In this document: piece after piece, positions 13,558-26,632 of the stretch
Numbering within the stretch: position 1 is the stretch's first letter
Layout of the letters: each line of letters opens with the position of its first letter
Assembly (NCBI GenBank): GCA_004022145.1
Contig: RCNU01000023.1
DNA length: 54,236 nt
DNA from: Paecilomyces variotii
Lineage: Eukaryota
Direction: 5' to 3' (one strand)
The notes under the pieces: generated by a model
What the model was told of the DNA's origin: nothing
Databases searched by the model: none
Seen by the model: only the letters and a program-made list of their open reading frames with translations
Program-made: the position numbers and the translations under genes

Positions 13558-15185
13558 ATGGCAGCTACTCTTCCCCCCGAGATTCTGCTTTTGATTTTGG
13601 ATGCTCTCGCAGAAACCAGCGACCGTTTTGGACTTCTCAAGGTCTGTCGGAATTGGAACACGGCCCTTGTTTCGAAGGTGTATTCGAGTGTTAAGGTTAC
13701 CTTCTTCCCTGAGGTTTACATAGTACCATTTGCGCAAGCCATTCACAAGAATACGCGACTTAGGTCTACCGTGAGAGAACTTATCTTGCCGAATTTCTAT
13801 GCTGACAGCTACGGAGCTAGCCACTACAACGCAAGCCTTTTCCGAGGGTTTCTGGAAAGCTTCACGGACAGCGCAGAGGAACTGAAGAGATGGGAGGAAC
13901 TCCTAGACGTCAGAGAAACCACTGCTTGGCTGGCAGTGGTGCTGCTCCTCTTGAAAATCTCCAACACCTCGACATACACTGGAGCGAACTCTGCACCGAG
14001 CCTACAGTCGGGGCGGTAACCAAGATAGCGAACAAAACCACATCATTATTGGATCGACCATTTCCCTTACAACGCCTCGAGAAACTCACTATCAGAGCCG
14101 ATGGTATTCACGAGTATCCAGTATGCGACTTTGCCCCCTTCTTCAAACTTCCCGCCATGCGGGCCTTGCACCTCAGTGGGGTTCATGAGGCACATGTGGA
14201 ACGCTTCGAGAAATACAGAGATTTCTGGATCCCTCTAAGTCTGGAGCCGGGGTGCTCGCCAGTCCGTGAGATCATCGTGAATAACTCCAACTGCAAACAC
14301 GGAATGGCGGAGTTCATTGCCTCCTGTGCTAACCTTGAACGCTTTGAATACCAGCACCGCAACCAAGCACTTTACGAGCGCACGTATTTGAGTTATCGAT
14401 GCCATCCATTTCACACGGCTCTGTTAACTCAGAAACAGAGCCTGCAGGTATTACGTCTGAACGATATCGGTATCGCAAAGTGGGTGTTGTTCGAGGAGGC
14501 AGACAACCCAGAAGCTCGACGCCACGCTTGGTTTGGAAGTCTAGCGGAATTCACTGCTTTACGAGAACTACGGATGCCGGTGCGCAATTTGCTGCAGTCC
14601 ACGGAGGGCCAGGAGCCGAACCAGTCCCTGGTGGAAATTCTTCCGCCCAGTATCGAATACCTTTGCCTAGCAAAGACCGACATGATTGAGTACACGATGC
14701 TCGAATCTCAGCTTCGTCGCTTGTTGGATGTTCGCGGCCAACAGTTTCCTAACCTGCAGAAAATAGTGCTGCAGCTGTTTCAGATGGAGGTGTTTCCTGG
14801 CGAGGAAGAAGTGCGCCTGAAACAGAAGAATTGGGGAGTACCGCCGCGTGCGAAGGAGGCCTTTGCGGATATTATGAGTATTTGTAAGCAGGAGGGCGTC
14901 GAATTCAGCTTTGTTAATGACGAGGACTACCAAATTCTCGTTGATGGCAAGGTAATGTATGACACTACCGATTGTTATACGACGGCACAGAAAATAAGGG
15001 TAAGTGGTATATCTATACCGAGGGATGGACTGCCTAACGCCATACTTACAGTGGGCTATGCGTATTTAAGATCGATTCTCGACTGCCTATTTGGTGAAGA
15101 CCTCACATTCAACCAGCTTTTTTTTATCCATGGCACCTGGCTATACCACACGATCTCCTTTATGTGGGAAATAGTGCCATATTGA
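13558..15185 (+). pseudogene. F-box/leucine-rich-repeat protein with an apparent frameshift near 13945-13952; 3' end uncertain
   Basis: The F-box-like start LPPEILLLILDAL...VCRNW is in one frame. The LRR-like continuation LENLQHLDI...LQRLEKLTI...FGSLAEFTALRELRMP...ILPPSIEYLCL is in another. No canonical intron at the junction. Confidence 0.65.
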
Positions 15186-15443
15186 CTATTGCGTGAGATT
15201 CGACCCGAGCATGGTTTGTATGGTGTTAATCTCTTGCCCATATTTCAGCTCTCACGATCAGTTAACTCTAATTATCATCGAATTGAATGAACCGTGAGAG
15301 TATAAGGGTATATCAGATTTCGAATATTACTCTACGGTAATACTCCGTTAACGTACTACCAGGTGAACCTCTCCAGAAGTCCATTCGACGTGACTAATCG
15401 ATACACTGAAGGAACACATTTGCGCCAAAAACCAATTTTATTT

Positions 15444-17024
15444 TTACATCTCTACAAGTCCAAATAGCTTCCCGGCAACAGGATCCCATTCATCGTCCCA
15501 CCGACGGGATCCTTCCTTAAGGGCGCCCTCGCGCAAAGTCGCAAGCTTAGCAGGGTTGCCGAACAAATCAACCAAATGCTCTACTAGTTCCTCCGCACTT
15601 CCAAAACCACGACCATTCACACCTTCGGTAACTAGTTCTGGCCATGCCTCAAACCTGTCCCATCCTACCACGGGAAGTCCAGCGCCAAACATGTCGACTA
15701 CCTTCATTGGCAGATCAACTCCGCTGCTGCTAGTATGCAGACTGACGCCCAAGGACGCAGAGGCAAGAAGAGACGCATAATCATGAGTACTCAGCCATGC
15801 AGATTTGATGTCTACTCGTTGCAGCTTGCCAGCCTTCTTCAGACTAGCAATCCTTTCCAAGTACATCTCTCTTTGGGGCCCTTTCCCGGTGATGATAGCT
15901 AGGATATGGGGCAGCTTGCGGTCACCTGAAACTGCGAGATCTGAGTATCGCGTTAGAGCTTCAATGAGGATGGAAAAGTCTTCATCTGCAGTCCAGGACG
16001 TAGAGCTGACAAGGACCCGGGCGTCCCCGGAACCAAGTAGAGTCCTGAATTCTGCAGTCTCTTGTAATGATAACAGGAACTCCAGCCGTCTTGCATCGTC
16101 CCGGATAGGTTGCAAGTGACTTGCAGGGCGATCATGCAAAGGTAGAATAGGCGCCTTAACGGAAAACTTGTGTTTCAAGTCGCGAGCCATCGCGTTTGTC
16201 ACACACAGATGGGCCGTCGCATAGCGACACATCTTAATCTCATACGATTTAGAGATCTTGACAAGTGGGTGCTGGTCGCCAAGCTTCAGAGCAAGGATGG
16301 AGTAGCCGAAGTTGTGCCAGTCAATCACGAGGGCAGTATTTCGGAGGAAGCACACCAAAGATGCCACAGCAAGACTAGGGATTGAAGGAGGATTCTGAGA
16401 GATCGAATCTCAGCAACTGCTGGATCCATAGATTGTACCCAAGAGCGCATTAAATGTGATACAAACAGCAAACAGGTTCCATTTGACGTGGGGAGATGAT
16501 ATGGGACTGACCTGAACAAGTAACCATTTAGCTGGTTCCGTGCGATACGCCAGACATCTCCAGAGTGACCAGAGTTGGAAGACGACCTTCAACGGGCCGA
16601 AGAACAGAAACAATATTTTATTACTCGTCTGCAAGAAGGACGGATGCGCGGAGAGGGGTACGATGGATATTCTTGGGTTCGCTGTGATGTCCGGATGTAT
16701 ATCGGATTCTTCATATAAAAACGCTTGTTAATCATCAATTCAAGATTAAGAGAGAGAAGTGTACGCACCTTGGTAACCAATGATGTCTACCTGACCTCCC
16801 CTCTTCGCAATGCTCAGGGCATGGTATTGCATCCGCGGGCTGCGACCAATATCGCCAAGCACCAAGACCTGAAAGGGGCCTTTCCCTCTTGCCGTAGACT
16901 GGCCACTCTTCTCGGTCTGCTTATTTGATCCCTTAGAAACTCCATATTGAGAGGGTAACAGCAAGATCAACAATGTGAGGAAAGTCGACGCCCAGAAGGC
17001 GATGTTAATAAGTGCTGTAATCAT
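15444..17024 (-). CDS. alg1: Chitobiosyldiphosphodolichol beta-1,4-mannosyltransferase, 3 exons
   Basis: N-terminal TM segment; [73 protein letters not shown]. Confidence 0.96.
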
Positions 17025-17760
17025 GGCCGGGCTTGCATAACCTTCATAGACCAAACGGCCAGAGGTTACTGTGATGCTGTTACAGCCCCACAAAGATGTC
17101 AACTAGGATCCATCGACCATTCCATAGGCAGTGTTGAGCTCCGTCAAGAAGATGAAGCTATCCCGCTGTCAACACGCGGGCAGATGAGCTCGGACCACAA
17201 GTTTCCCCGACGCGTTAAAACAGCTACTTAGATCTCCATTTCTATTGGTCAACAACTATTTCCATCTCGAGTAGTTGATGGACTTCAAGAATATAAAGTA
17301 GAGCCCAAACGAGCCAAACCTGAAGTACTTATTAAAAAACGAGCTTGAAATTATGAATCCATGGGATATTTAGTCTTCTTTGCACCCGGATTGAGAAGTT
17401 AGCGCTGGAGAAGATGGGCTGCCTTGTTCAAGAAGCCTTGGATCCTATCCTTATGTGGGCAAGAAGTCTTCCCATGAAGAAGAGCAGGAAACACACGGCA
17501 TTGAGTCATATGAGCAAGGGTCTCTCATATTCTCCTAGATTTCGATATAGGTACCAACTTGGTAGCTGTATTGATATAAACAATTTCTGCTACTTAACGA
17601 CTCATTCCCTAGAGATACAAGTCTAGTTTAAACCAACTCCAGCCCGACAAAAGAGACAGCAAATCAAGCATGCATAGAAACAGTCACCATAGAAAACCAC
17701 CCGAAAATAAAACCAAAGATACCACAAATCCCCGAAATAACATCAAGTAGAGATCACCCT

Positions 17761-18657
17761 TCATGGAAATGCTATAGTAGTATTCAGACGAAGGTCAAAA
17801 AGATACAGCCGCACAGCTCCGTACAGGATCACTAACGTAGCGAACAAATGGAGAAGATCCAAGGAATATGAAATCGGGCGAGCTAGTTGGCTCATCAAGC
17901 TCACATTATTCGGGCGAGATGTCTGATTTTGATAGCGCCTGCGGTTGTCACGATAACGATGGCGATGGTTATGCATATGAAACATGGGAGGTAGATATTG
18001 GGTTCCGTCAGAATCAGGACTGTATTGAAAAGTCGGTGAATATCGGCCCCTGTATCTCCATTGAGGATGATACTCAGGCAGGTCTGGAGAAGACATATCC
18101 CATCTCATTTGTGGGTATCGACCGTAACCCCCTGAAAGACGGTACCGCCTTCGAGCTGTCCCCCATGGATTGTTCTCTATGTCCATCACGTCCATAAAGT
18201 CATCCAGGCCAAGGCCATAAATCCGATCCGTGAAATTCTCAGCAGTGATCTCCGCTGAACTCGTAAAGTCGGCCTGCAAGACCATAGGCTCAACGGCTCT
18301 CGGAGTACGATCAGGATCTTCTGCCGGCCAGGGCTCATCGCAGAAGCATGCTTCGCACCCACAATTACAGGGACATCTGTAGCGGCCATGACTCTGGTAA
18401 CAAGTTGTGTCTGGTTGTTGTCTTTGCGAACGGTCTCTTGGCTCCTGCGGTGGTTGGGATGGACGGGGGATGTCCGAGCGTTCGTCATCAGCTCCATAGG
18501 CGGAAGTAGATGCATTGAGACTTGTGGGAGCATCTTGACGGATTTCTCCCAGTTCCATTGAAGGACTATCCGGGACCCCATTCATTTCAGTATCATCTAG
18601 GAATACACCAGGTTCCTCAAATAAGTCACCGGCTTGTGCCCCTGTTGGCGCTGCCAT
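17761..18657 (-). CDS. Hypothetical protein, 298 aa, with a Cys cluster and a C-terminal hydrophobic segment
   Basis: Uninterrupted ATG-initiated ORF; CPCNCGCEACFC cluster; LLHLFATLVILYGAV near the C-terminus. No family recognised. Confidence 0.6.
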   Translation of the reverse strand: MAAPTGAQAGDLFEEPGVFLDDTEMNGVPDSPSMELGEIRQDAPTSLNASTSAYGADDERSDIPRPSQPPQEPRDRSQRQQPDTTCYQSHGRYRCPCNCGCEACFCDEPWPAEDPDRTPRAVEPMVLQADFTSSAEITAENFTDRIYGLGLDDFMDVMDIENNPWGTARRRYRLSGGYGRYPQMRWDMSSPDLPEYHPQWRYRGRYSPTFQYSPDSDGTQYLPPMFHMHNHRHRYRDNRRRYQNQTSRPNNVSLMSQLARPISYSLDLLHLFATLVILYGAVRLYLFDLRLNTTIAFP

Positions 18658-19388
18658 CGCGATACAGGAAGTTGAAGCGGAAAACGAGTATGTCTGATGC
18701 GATCAACAGACAAAGCGTCGGATAATTATCTCAAGGGATCTCGCGTGCAAAGTGAAGGTGAATGAGCAGAGATGGCTTCCCATGGTCTGGGAGATGGACG
18801 AGAATATATCCATTCCTGAGGACAACGTTTCAAACCTTTTGTAGATATGAAACCGCTGGTTTTCCGACTTGTATATCCAGGGAAACACCGTGCTTGTGGT
18901 TTGAAGCTATGGGCTATTACTCTTGGAAGTTGACGTTTCAATCATGACAAATATCTACTTATTGTCATGTTTGCGATAATTGTATGTCATGAGTCAGAAC
19001 CCGAAAAGCAAGCCTTCTGTCGGGATCTAACGTATGAATATGTTTCGGGAAACCGAGCAATCATCGGCTCAGATCCTGCGCGGAATCCATGTGGCAAAGC
19101 GGATATGTATAACAAAAAGTATGTGGTTAGACTCCTATCCAGCATATTTGATGTGGGCAATCGCCGCAGGAGATCACCACAGGAACTCCAGTAAAAATAG
19201 TAGGACGTGCTAAGGGGATATGGCCAAGATGAACAACGGAGGTATCGAAATGAACATAGTGCTGATCGCTGGCTGGCGCCTAGTGGGAGGTACCACCAAA
19301 TTCAAAAATAAATGACCGTGCTTTACCACGTAGACATGCACATTGAATTTCAAAAAGTAGATACAATATACAAGAAGGTTGCGCCCAC

Positions 19389-22276
19389 TCAGGAGCTTTT
19401 GTTCCCTGCGCCACACCAACAACGTCCATCACCTTCCCGTTCAACCTGGACAAGGATGTCCATGTTCTTTTCCTGCAAGTAGCTGACTGTTCGCTGCCGT
19501 ACATCATCCAAGTCAGCTCCCCGTGAAGCTACAACATGGATAACTCCTAGGACCTTTGGATTCGGTTGATCGTGGCTATGGGAATGGTCGTGGTCGTGGT
19601 CGTGGTCATGGTCGTGGTCGTGGTCATGGTCGTGGCCGTGTGCATGTGAGTGATCGTGGTGATCATGATCATGATCATGATCGTGAGATGCGTTCGCGGT
19701 GTCATCGAGCCAGAATTTCGGCACAGTGTATCCGACGACACCTCTGAGATTGGTGATACCGCCCAATGTATCGCGTAAATTGTATTCCACATCCGCTGGC
19801 AGAGTCAGCAGTAGTGTTTTTGCGGTGCTGCTCACAAGCGGAATAGCAGAGGCGAAAATCAGGATTGCAATTAGACAGGAAGCAATAGGATCAAATCCTG
19901 GCCAGCCATACAGCTGGACGAGAATAGTCGAAATAACGACTGCAACAGAGCCAAGAGTATCAGCAAGGATGTGAAGGAAGATACCATGCATATTTTCATT
20001 GGCATGGGAATGAGAGTGGCCGTGGTCATGACCGTGTGAATGACCATGATGAGCATGATCGAAGGCCATTATACCGACAAGGTTTACAGCAAGACCAGCG
20101 GCGCTGACAACCAACAGCTCTGCTATCCGATGCATCTCACTGCCTGAGAGCAACCTCTCAATAGCCTCGTAGACGATCTCAACACTTATGATCCTGCAGA
20201 AAGTCAGTATCTCTCCAGTCATTGGACCACGACTGGAAACTTACATGAGGAATATGCCGTTTGCAAACCCGGACAAGGTGTCTACCTTTCCATATCCATA
20301 AGGAAACCTAGCGCTGGGAGGCCACTTGCTCATGACTGCAGCGCATAGGCCAACAACCAGAGCAAGACAGTCAAAGAACATATGTATGCTATCACTCAAG
20401 AGCCCCAGAGAGCCGGTAACAATTCCATAGGACAGTTGAACGAGCATGAATGCGAAGTTAAGGCTATAAGATTTAGTCAGCGCTCGTCGTGGAATTAAAG
20501 GTACAGTAGCCCTCACGTCATAAAATAGAATATCCGACGAGAATCCCTCTCTTTTATGATGCTATGCAATAATGGATAAGGCTCAGAGAACTCAATAAGG
20601 GCCGCCGAAATCTTGGACGGATTCGCATTGCTGTGATGATGGTGTCCATGCGAGTGGGAACTAGACTGGCCATCGAAACGAGCAGCCGCATATGAAAACC
20701 CAGCCAAAAAGGCCCAGGTACAGTAACCGACAAAACCACTCTCCAAGTGTGGAAGAGCCCCAAAGATGACAGCGAAAACAGATCCTGCGGCCATACCCAA
20801 TTTGTGGGAACTGCGAAGATTCATGGGAGATGCCGAGATCAGCGACATCGCAAATGCAGCGGATGTGAGAGAGGCCCAGAGAATGTCTGAAAAGCCTGTA
20901 GAAGATGATCCGCGGATAATGTGTAGGAAGAGAGAGACAGCTGCTAGGACACCTCCCGAGAATATTGTCAACATGGTATCATCCGGTGTAGCGACAAGGG
21001 ATGATAAAACAGTGGCAGTGCCGTGATCACCTAGAGCGTAAGCTCCAGCATCCAAGACTGTCGAGACAGATTCACCAGTTCCGGAGACAGACTCTGGTCC
21101 ACGAACGGGCTCGGGGAAAGGGAGCCTGAGCAGGAAGATGGAGACGAATAATGCCAGATACCCCTTGAACGGCGCCCGATCTACAGGCGTATCTAAGTTC
21201 AAAAATCCCAGAGAGGTAAACATAAGCAGGGCTACGAGTGTGAGCTTCTTGCGACCCAGACTTTGCTTCGAATTGTTGCGGTTACCGCCCACTGTAAATA
21301 CAGCTGGTAGGCCGGACGCAGAGGCCAGAAGCAGGGCAAGAGCAACAGCCACAGGGCCAATTTTCATAGCTGCGTAGATAGGTAAAGCCAACGAGAGAAC
21401 CCTGAGGGCAGACTTTTGCATTGCCGCAGCATTGAGACGGGGTAGGTATACCGTCGAGACAGGGTCTGCACCGGTTGCCTTTTCCCGTCGCATTATTTGC
21501 CAGGAGCCAGTAAATATCAAAGTGGCGGATACCAATCCTGCTAGCTGCTCCAAATCAGAGCCACTCTCCGGTGCATCTGCTACTATTTGCGACTCAGAAT
21601 CTGAAGTTGATGCCCGAAGCCAATCATCGCTGTTTAGCGTGGCCGAATCTGCGTACTGTCTCCAATACCATGATAACAAGACCCACGGAAGGACCATCAC
21701 GAGACCGGTAACAATATCACTGCTGCACGCAATGTGAGAAATGAATGATATCTCCGAACAAAAATCCCGCGAAAAGTCTACTTACGTCTGCGAACTTTTG
21801 TTTTCTGGGTGTTCAGGGTGCGAATGCGAAGGAGCAGCAAACTCGTGCTTTTCATCCGCAGCCACATTTTCGGCCACTATACTCGTCAAACCACCCCCGA
21901 TAAACCCATTTGAAGCCAGGTGCGAGTGTGACCCATGGCTGCTACTGTGACGATGGTGACCATGATGATGGTGATCATGACTGTTGTTGTGGTGGTGGTG
22001 ATGGGCATGATCGTGGTCGTGGTCGTGGTCGTGGTTGTGGTCGTGAGCACCGTCATTCGAAGGAAAATATCCTTCCAACGTATGCCCTTCAGTAATTCTT
22101 GCAGAAGCGATTGGGTCTAGGACCTGGTGAAATTGATGATCGCCAGAGGCAAAAGGTAGGGAACTGGGGGCCGGTGATCGACGACGAGATCGCGAGTGAC
22201 CGTGCCGGCTATGACCACGTTTTGGAGAGTCGTGGACATGGTGGCTGACGCTTGAGAGAGTGGAGGAGGTCGACAT
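19389..22276 (-). CDS. msc2: Cation diffusion facilitator zinc transporter, Msc2/ZnT5-ZnT7 type, 4 exons
   Basis: DSRRIFYFM|LNFAFMLVQLSYG...SLGLLSDSIHMFFDC...YGYGKVDTLSGFANG; NMHGIFLHILADTLGS; long multi-TM N-terminal extension; His-rich loops. Confidence 0.9.
19572..19685 (-). repeat. Hexamer repeats encoding an (HD)n tract in the CDF C-terminal domain
   Basis: TCGTGG/TCATGG/TCATGA runs translating to HDHDHDHDHHDHSHAHGHDHDHDHDHDHDHDHSHSHD. Confidence 0.9.
21920..22045 (-). repeat. His-rich low-complexity repeat in the CDF N-terminus
   Basis: Translates to HDHNHDHDHDHDHAHHHHHNNSHDHHHHGHHRHSSSHGSHSH. Confidence 0.85.
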
Positions 22277-22862
22277 GATGACTTCCGCGCTCCTTCAATT
22301 GAACAACTGAGGCAATATGAGTTATGCAGAGGTAAATCGCATGGGTGAGCTCGCAAACGAGGGACGTGGTACGCGGGGGATGGGTGAGAATCGAGCTCCC
22401 CACAGCTCAATTGAGACCGATACCAAGGAGCGTGTTAGCAGGAAGACATGATAGGATGGTCGCGACGAGAATAATATTAAATCTGGATTATGAATGCGCT
22501 TTAAAAGGAGCGTAGAAAGGCGAAGGTTTGTGTCGTGCGGCAGTGGTTGAGCTGTTTCGATGTTTCGCGGCCGGCAGATAGATAAGGAGAATACGGGGTT
22601 CGGGGCGGACGGAGGAGAAGTTGTGGCGTTCGTGGCTAAGGCTGCTTCTTTTCGTCCTAACTGCTTGCGAGTGCCGATCAGCGGCCAATGTTTGGAGAAC
22701 AATTAAATCTGACCACACACATCACTGTTCTAGAAGCCAGGATAAACAAAGTGTTTTGCATGATAGAACAAAAAATATCCTATTTATCCTATTGCTCTGC
22801 ATATACTGTCTTGCGGATATACCAAGTTGTCTCAAAAGGGACACACAACCATTTACCGTTTT

Positions 22863-22876
22863 TCTCCCAAGGTCCC
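22863..22876 (+). promoter_or_regulatory. ZafA-type zinc-response motif upstream of the zinc transporter
   Basis: TCTCCCAAGGTCCC fits DYYVYCARGGTVYY. Further ACCTTG cores at 23184-23189 and 23238-23243. Confidence 0.5.
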
Positions 22877-23680
22877 CAGATAAGCACACGACAAGAGAGA
22901 GAGATTCAGAACGAGTGCGATAGCCAGCGGAAAATCTATAAATAAGTTCTTCGCAATAAAGAGCTTCTGAGAAACGAGATGTTTTACCTGAAATAGGTAT
23001 CAAGAATGGTAATTTGCTAGTGGACATCTAAAGTATGTACCTGCACTAGCGAGAAAGACAATTCTACCAGTCATAACTCGAAGCACGAGGGGCCTTAACT
23101 ATCCCTAATGCTACATACATAGTCCGTCTTGTAAGCTGCATCATAGGCTGACGCCAAATTGCATACAGCATTGCTGAGCAGGAACCTTGATTGCCAGCCA
23201 GGGCTGCTTACAGGGGACTGAGTGCTTGTGTCATTCTACCTTGAATTGAGGGTTACGGTCTCTGTACCTAGATAGGATGCTTAATTATGCTTGATAAAGA
23301 CTCCGCCTGTGTAGTCATCCATGCAACGGTTGTATAGATATTACGTTCGGTGTGCTACGTTTGATTCGATGTGTCCACTCACAACCTAGGCACAGCGTAC
23401 TTCAATGACATTTTCAAGTGTAAAAGATTATCAATATATTTCATCTCCAACCCTCAGATCTATTCCAGGCCACGATGCCTCATCCATTTCCCAAAGGAGC
23501 ACCGAAAAAATATGGTCTAGCACTCATGATGACATCAACAGCTGGGTTGGACATGTCACGCAAGGAGAATTTTAGAAAATAGTCAATATTTCCTATAAGA
23601 CGTGTATAATACCAGTTAAAACAAACAAAAAAAAGCAACACTCATCTATTGATTCATCCATGACCAAAATAAGATCGACA

Positions 23681-24847
23681 ATGTCGCAAAAAGATGATAA
23701 ATCCTACTTCGAAACTCCATTTTATGGCTGCGCAGCTTGCGCGGCAGGTATATCGGCCGTTGAGGATATTCGGAGGGAGAAATTAAAGGTGAACTTGAAG
23801 AGACATCAGTGCGATTACCCAGAGTGTGGGTGGTGTGATGCCGACGAAATTGACGAAGCATGTTTCTCGACTGTCTTGATGTGGAGCACCTTTTTCCGTG
23901 CTAGTATGTTATCCTCACACCTGCTATGAATATATTTCGTGTCCACAAATGGACTTACTGATGTTTCCGTTTTGACGATATATACAGTTATTCCAGCCTG
24001 GAAACAAGGGAATTACAGGATTTCGGGGATAGCGCAGGGGCTGGAAAGCCTTGCCGTGGTAGGGGTACCCTGGGAAAGAAACGCATGTATTTTAGGAGAC
24101 GATATGTGCAGCACTTATTACAGCGTTGAGTTACATCCTATAAGCCTTTTGGATGACCCTCCTGTGGAAAGAAAAGACGAAACATCATGGTGTTATCTTA
24201 TTCATGCACGCTGCTGGAAACTGCTGGAAGGAATGATAGGGCCCCAGGCGAAGGAACAGCTGCCGAGCCTCGTATCCGCTCTTCGACAGAAGTTCAAAAG
24301 CCTCTCTTTCGGACTGGGTGGACACACTACCTCCTTGTCCGGATGTTCAATGTGTGTGCATCCTCTCCGGAACCGGTCGTATATGAGAGATCCTCTCAGA
24401 TTGCGTTCTGTTCAACAGTTGATCGCGAAAGCCATACAACGTCGATCTGCGAAAAGTTTGAAACTGAAGGAGGTAACTCGTGCAACTGTCAGACCCCGGT
24501 CTTTCCGTGACGATCTCCCAATGGAGATTAAATATTTGATTATTGAAAATACAAGGGAGATAGACACAGCAAACCTTATAGCGGCGTTTGATTGGTTCAT
24601 TCCTGACTCATATTGGGTAGCTCGGTTGCCATTTGATCTTATTCCAGAGCTCCAGCAAATACCTTTTGATCAGCTGGACATGTCATACTTGGGAGCGGGA
24701 ATTGCATACTTGCTGGCGAGGACCCCTGACATGCGGAACAGAGCAAGGACCGTTGGGATACTGAAAGAAACAACACAGATGTTTTGGAAGATTATAGAGG
24801 ACGCCAGAGTTGACAAGGCAAGTGTTGAGGAAGCTTTGGGGCGTTGA
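23681..24847 (+). CDS. Hypothetical fungal protein with Cys pairs and an internal F-box-like motif, 2 exons (alternative ATG 23660)
   Basis: Two ORFs joined in frame by intron 23904-23987 (GTATGT...TACAG). Motifs CAAC, YLIHARCWKLL and DDLPMEIKYLII. Confidence 0.65.
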
Positions 24848-25335
24848 GATTTGTGTCGGTAGAGATCTGTTGTTTGATGTCTTTGCTAGAGCTAAGTATT
24901 TAATTTACTACCGAAGGGGGCCCGCAACGAAGGCTACCCGCTTCTCTATCCATCTGATCGATAGTCGTCACCTTGGCTTTCTGCTAATGGCCCTGCTCTA
25001 TAACAAGTATACAATTTAGCTACGTAAGTCTGTGATCGAAAATAATGTATGACCTAACTTCACACGAAAGGCTGTAATGCAATTCTCGAGAGCCACAGAG
25101 GTCAAGATGACAAATACCAAGAAATGAAACCAAAAAGAAGATATCCGAAAAATGCATAAGATCGCTGATAGAGCCCGACCAAATAATAACGGAGAAGCCA
25201 GGTAGAAAAGCAAACCTTCCCTGGCCCTTAGGTGTATCAAAGACCAGCATGAAAGCTGGAGAAAACGGCGTTCCGCTGTAACCATGTGCAGATCAAGAGA
25301 AAGGCAAAATAATATCCGTGTATCCCAGTCCAGCT

Positions 25336-25962
25336 TCACTCTTCTCCTAGACTCTCACGGACGCACTTCCTCACTCGCTTCTTGAACTCCTTGGGATCTT
25401 CGCGCCAGAGCCTGGCAGCCTCCACATTCGCGGGTGATTCATCATTCGGCGAGGACAGCATTGAGATCACAGATAGCAGGATAGTCTCTGGCGTCTGCAC
25501 GGGCGACCAGCGTTCCGCAGCGGATTCGTAGCCATACTTGTCTTCCTCCGGTGGGTGTAGAATAGAAATGCAGACTTCGCCGTTGGGATAGACTGGATAG
25601 GGGTTAGGGTGTGAGTACTATTTCGGTGAACATTGAAAACAAAGAAACATACTGTTAGGATGAAAAATGGGAGTCTCAAATTTCATCTTTGGTGGCATAA
25701 TAGGGTAGTCCGGTGGGAAAGATAGTCTCGCGCGGAAGAAACCACCTGCACAATATCAAAGTTAACAGGACACACATAGCCACCAATATCAACTGATATA
25801 CATACCACCATACAGCTTCACATCGTCCGAAATCATCAGCATTACCTCCCACTCAAGGATGTTGTTGTCCGCCAGTCCGCAGCTGATGCCTGGAATGTCC
25901 TTGTCGGATTGCATCTGCTGCAGCTGACGGGTCAGCATGCGGCCAGCGGGGGTAGTGGCCAT
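25336..25962 (-). CDS. Ubiquitin-conjugating enzyme E2, Ubc15/UBE2G1-like (Ubc7/Cdc34 class with acidic loop), 3 exons
   Basis: [18 protein letters not shown]...WEVMLM...[79 protein letters not shown]...RESLGEE*. Confidence 0.93.
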
Positions 25963-26632
25963 GACTGTGGATCTCTTCTGTTTCTGCTCCAAAGACTGTC
26001 TCCAGGGCAGTTGAAGGAAATGATAGTGTCCGGACAGACCGCGCTGACGAGGAGGTGAAACCTAAGGCGGTGTAGGGGGTAAAAGCCAGTGGCGGAGCAG
26101 ACAGCGGGATGGGCGGAGATGATCTTTCGATGGTGTCTGTTTCTGAAGACTAAGATCGAAGCAGCGTAGCAAAGCTAACAGGTCAAAACAAGAAACGAGA
26201 GAGCTTGCGTGGGGAGAATGTAGGAGGAGGAGGAGAGGGGCGACAACGCTTTTCTGCCGCGGGGTTTGTTCGGAGGCCGGAAACGATAACATCATGTCTA
26301 TCGCCCGCCACGGAAATGTAAGCGCTCCGCCGCCACGGTCCCCTATAAAGGAGATCTATGGAAGCAAACCCTAGTGGACCAGACTTTACTGCTAGTGCGG
26401 ATACATGAAAGCAATGTTACAGATCGAAGATGGAATCGATTTACTGGAATATGGAAAGAGAGGACCTTGGACGTAAGGCGCCAAGACTAGAAACATAACA
26501 GGCCCAACGCATGAGATCTACGTATCTGTCCACCTGGATATCTATCTGCATAATGCAGATCTTCCTGTGCTAAGCCTTGTGGGATTGTAGAGCGCAGCCG
26601 ATCAGAGTTGAAAGTCGCGAACTTTCCGGTCC

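Noticed and set aside
19572..19685. Short regular repeats resembling an array
   Set aside because: Coding His/Asp microsatellite with no spacers; eukaryotic context, not CRISPR.
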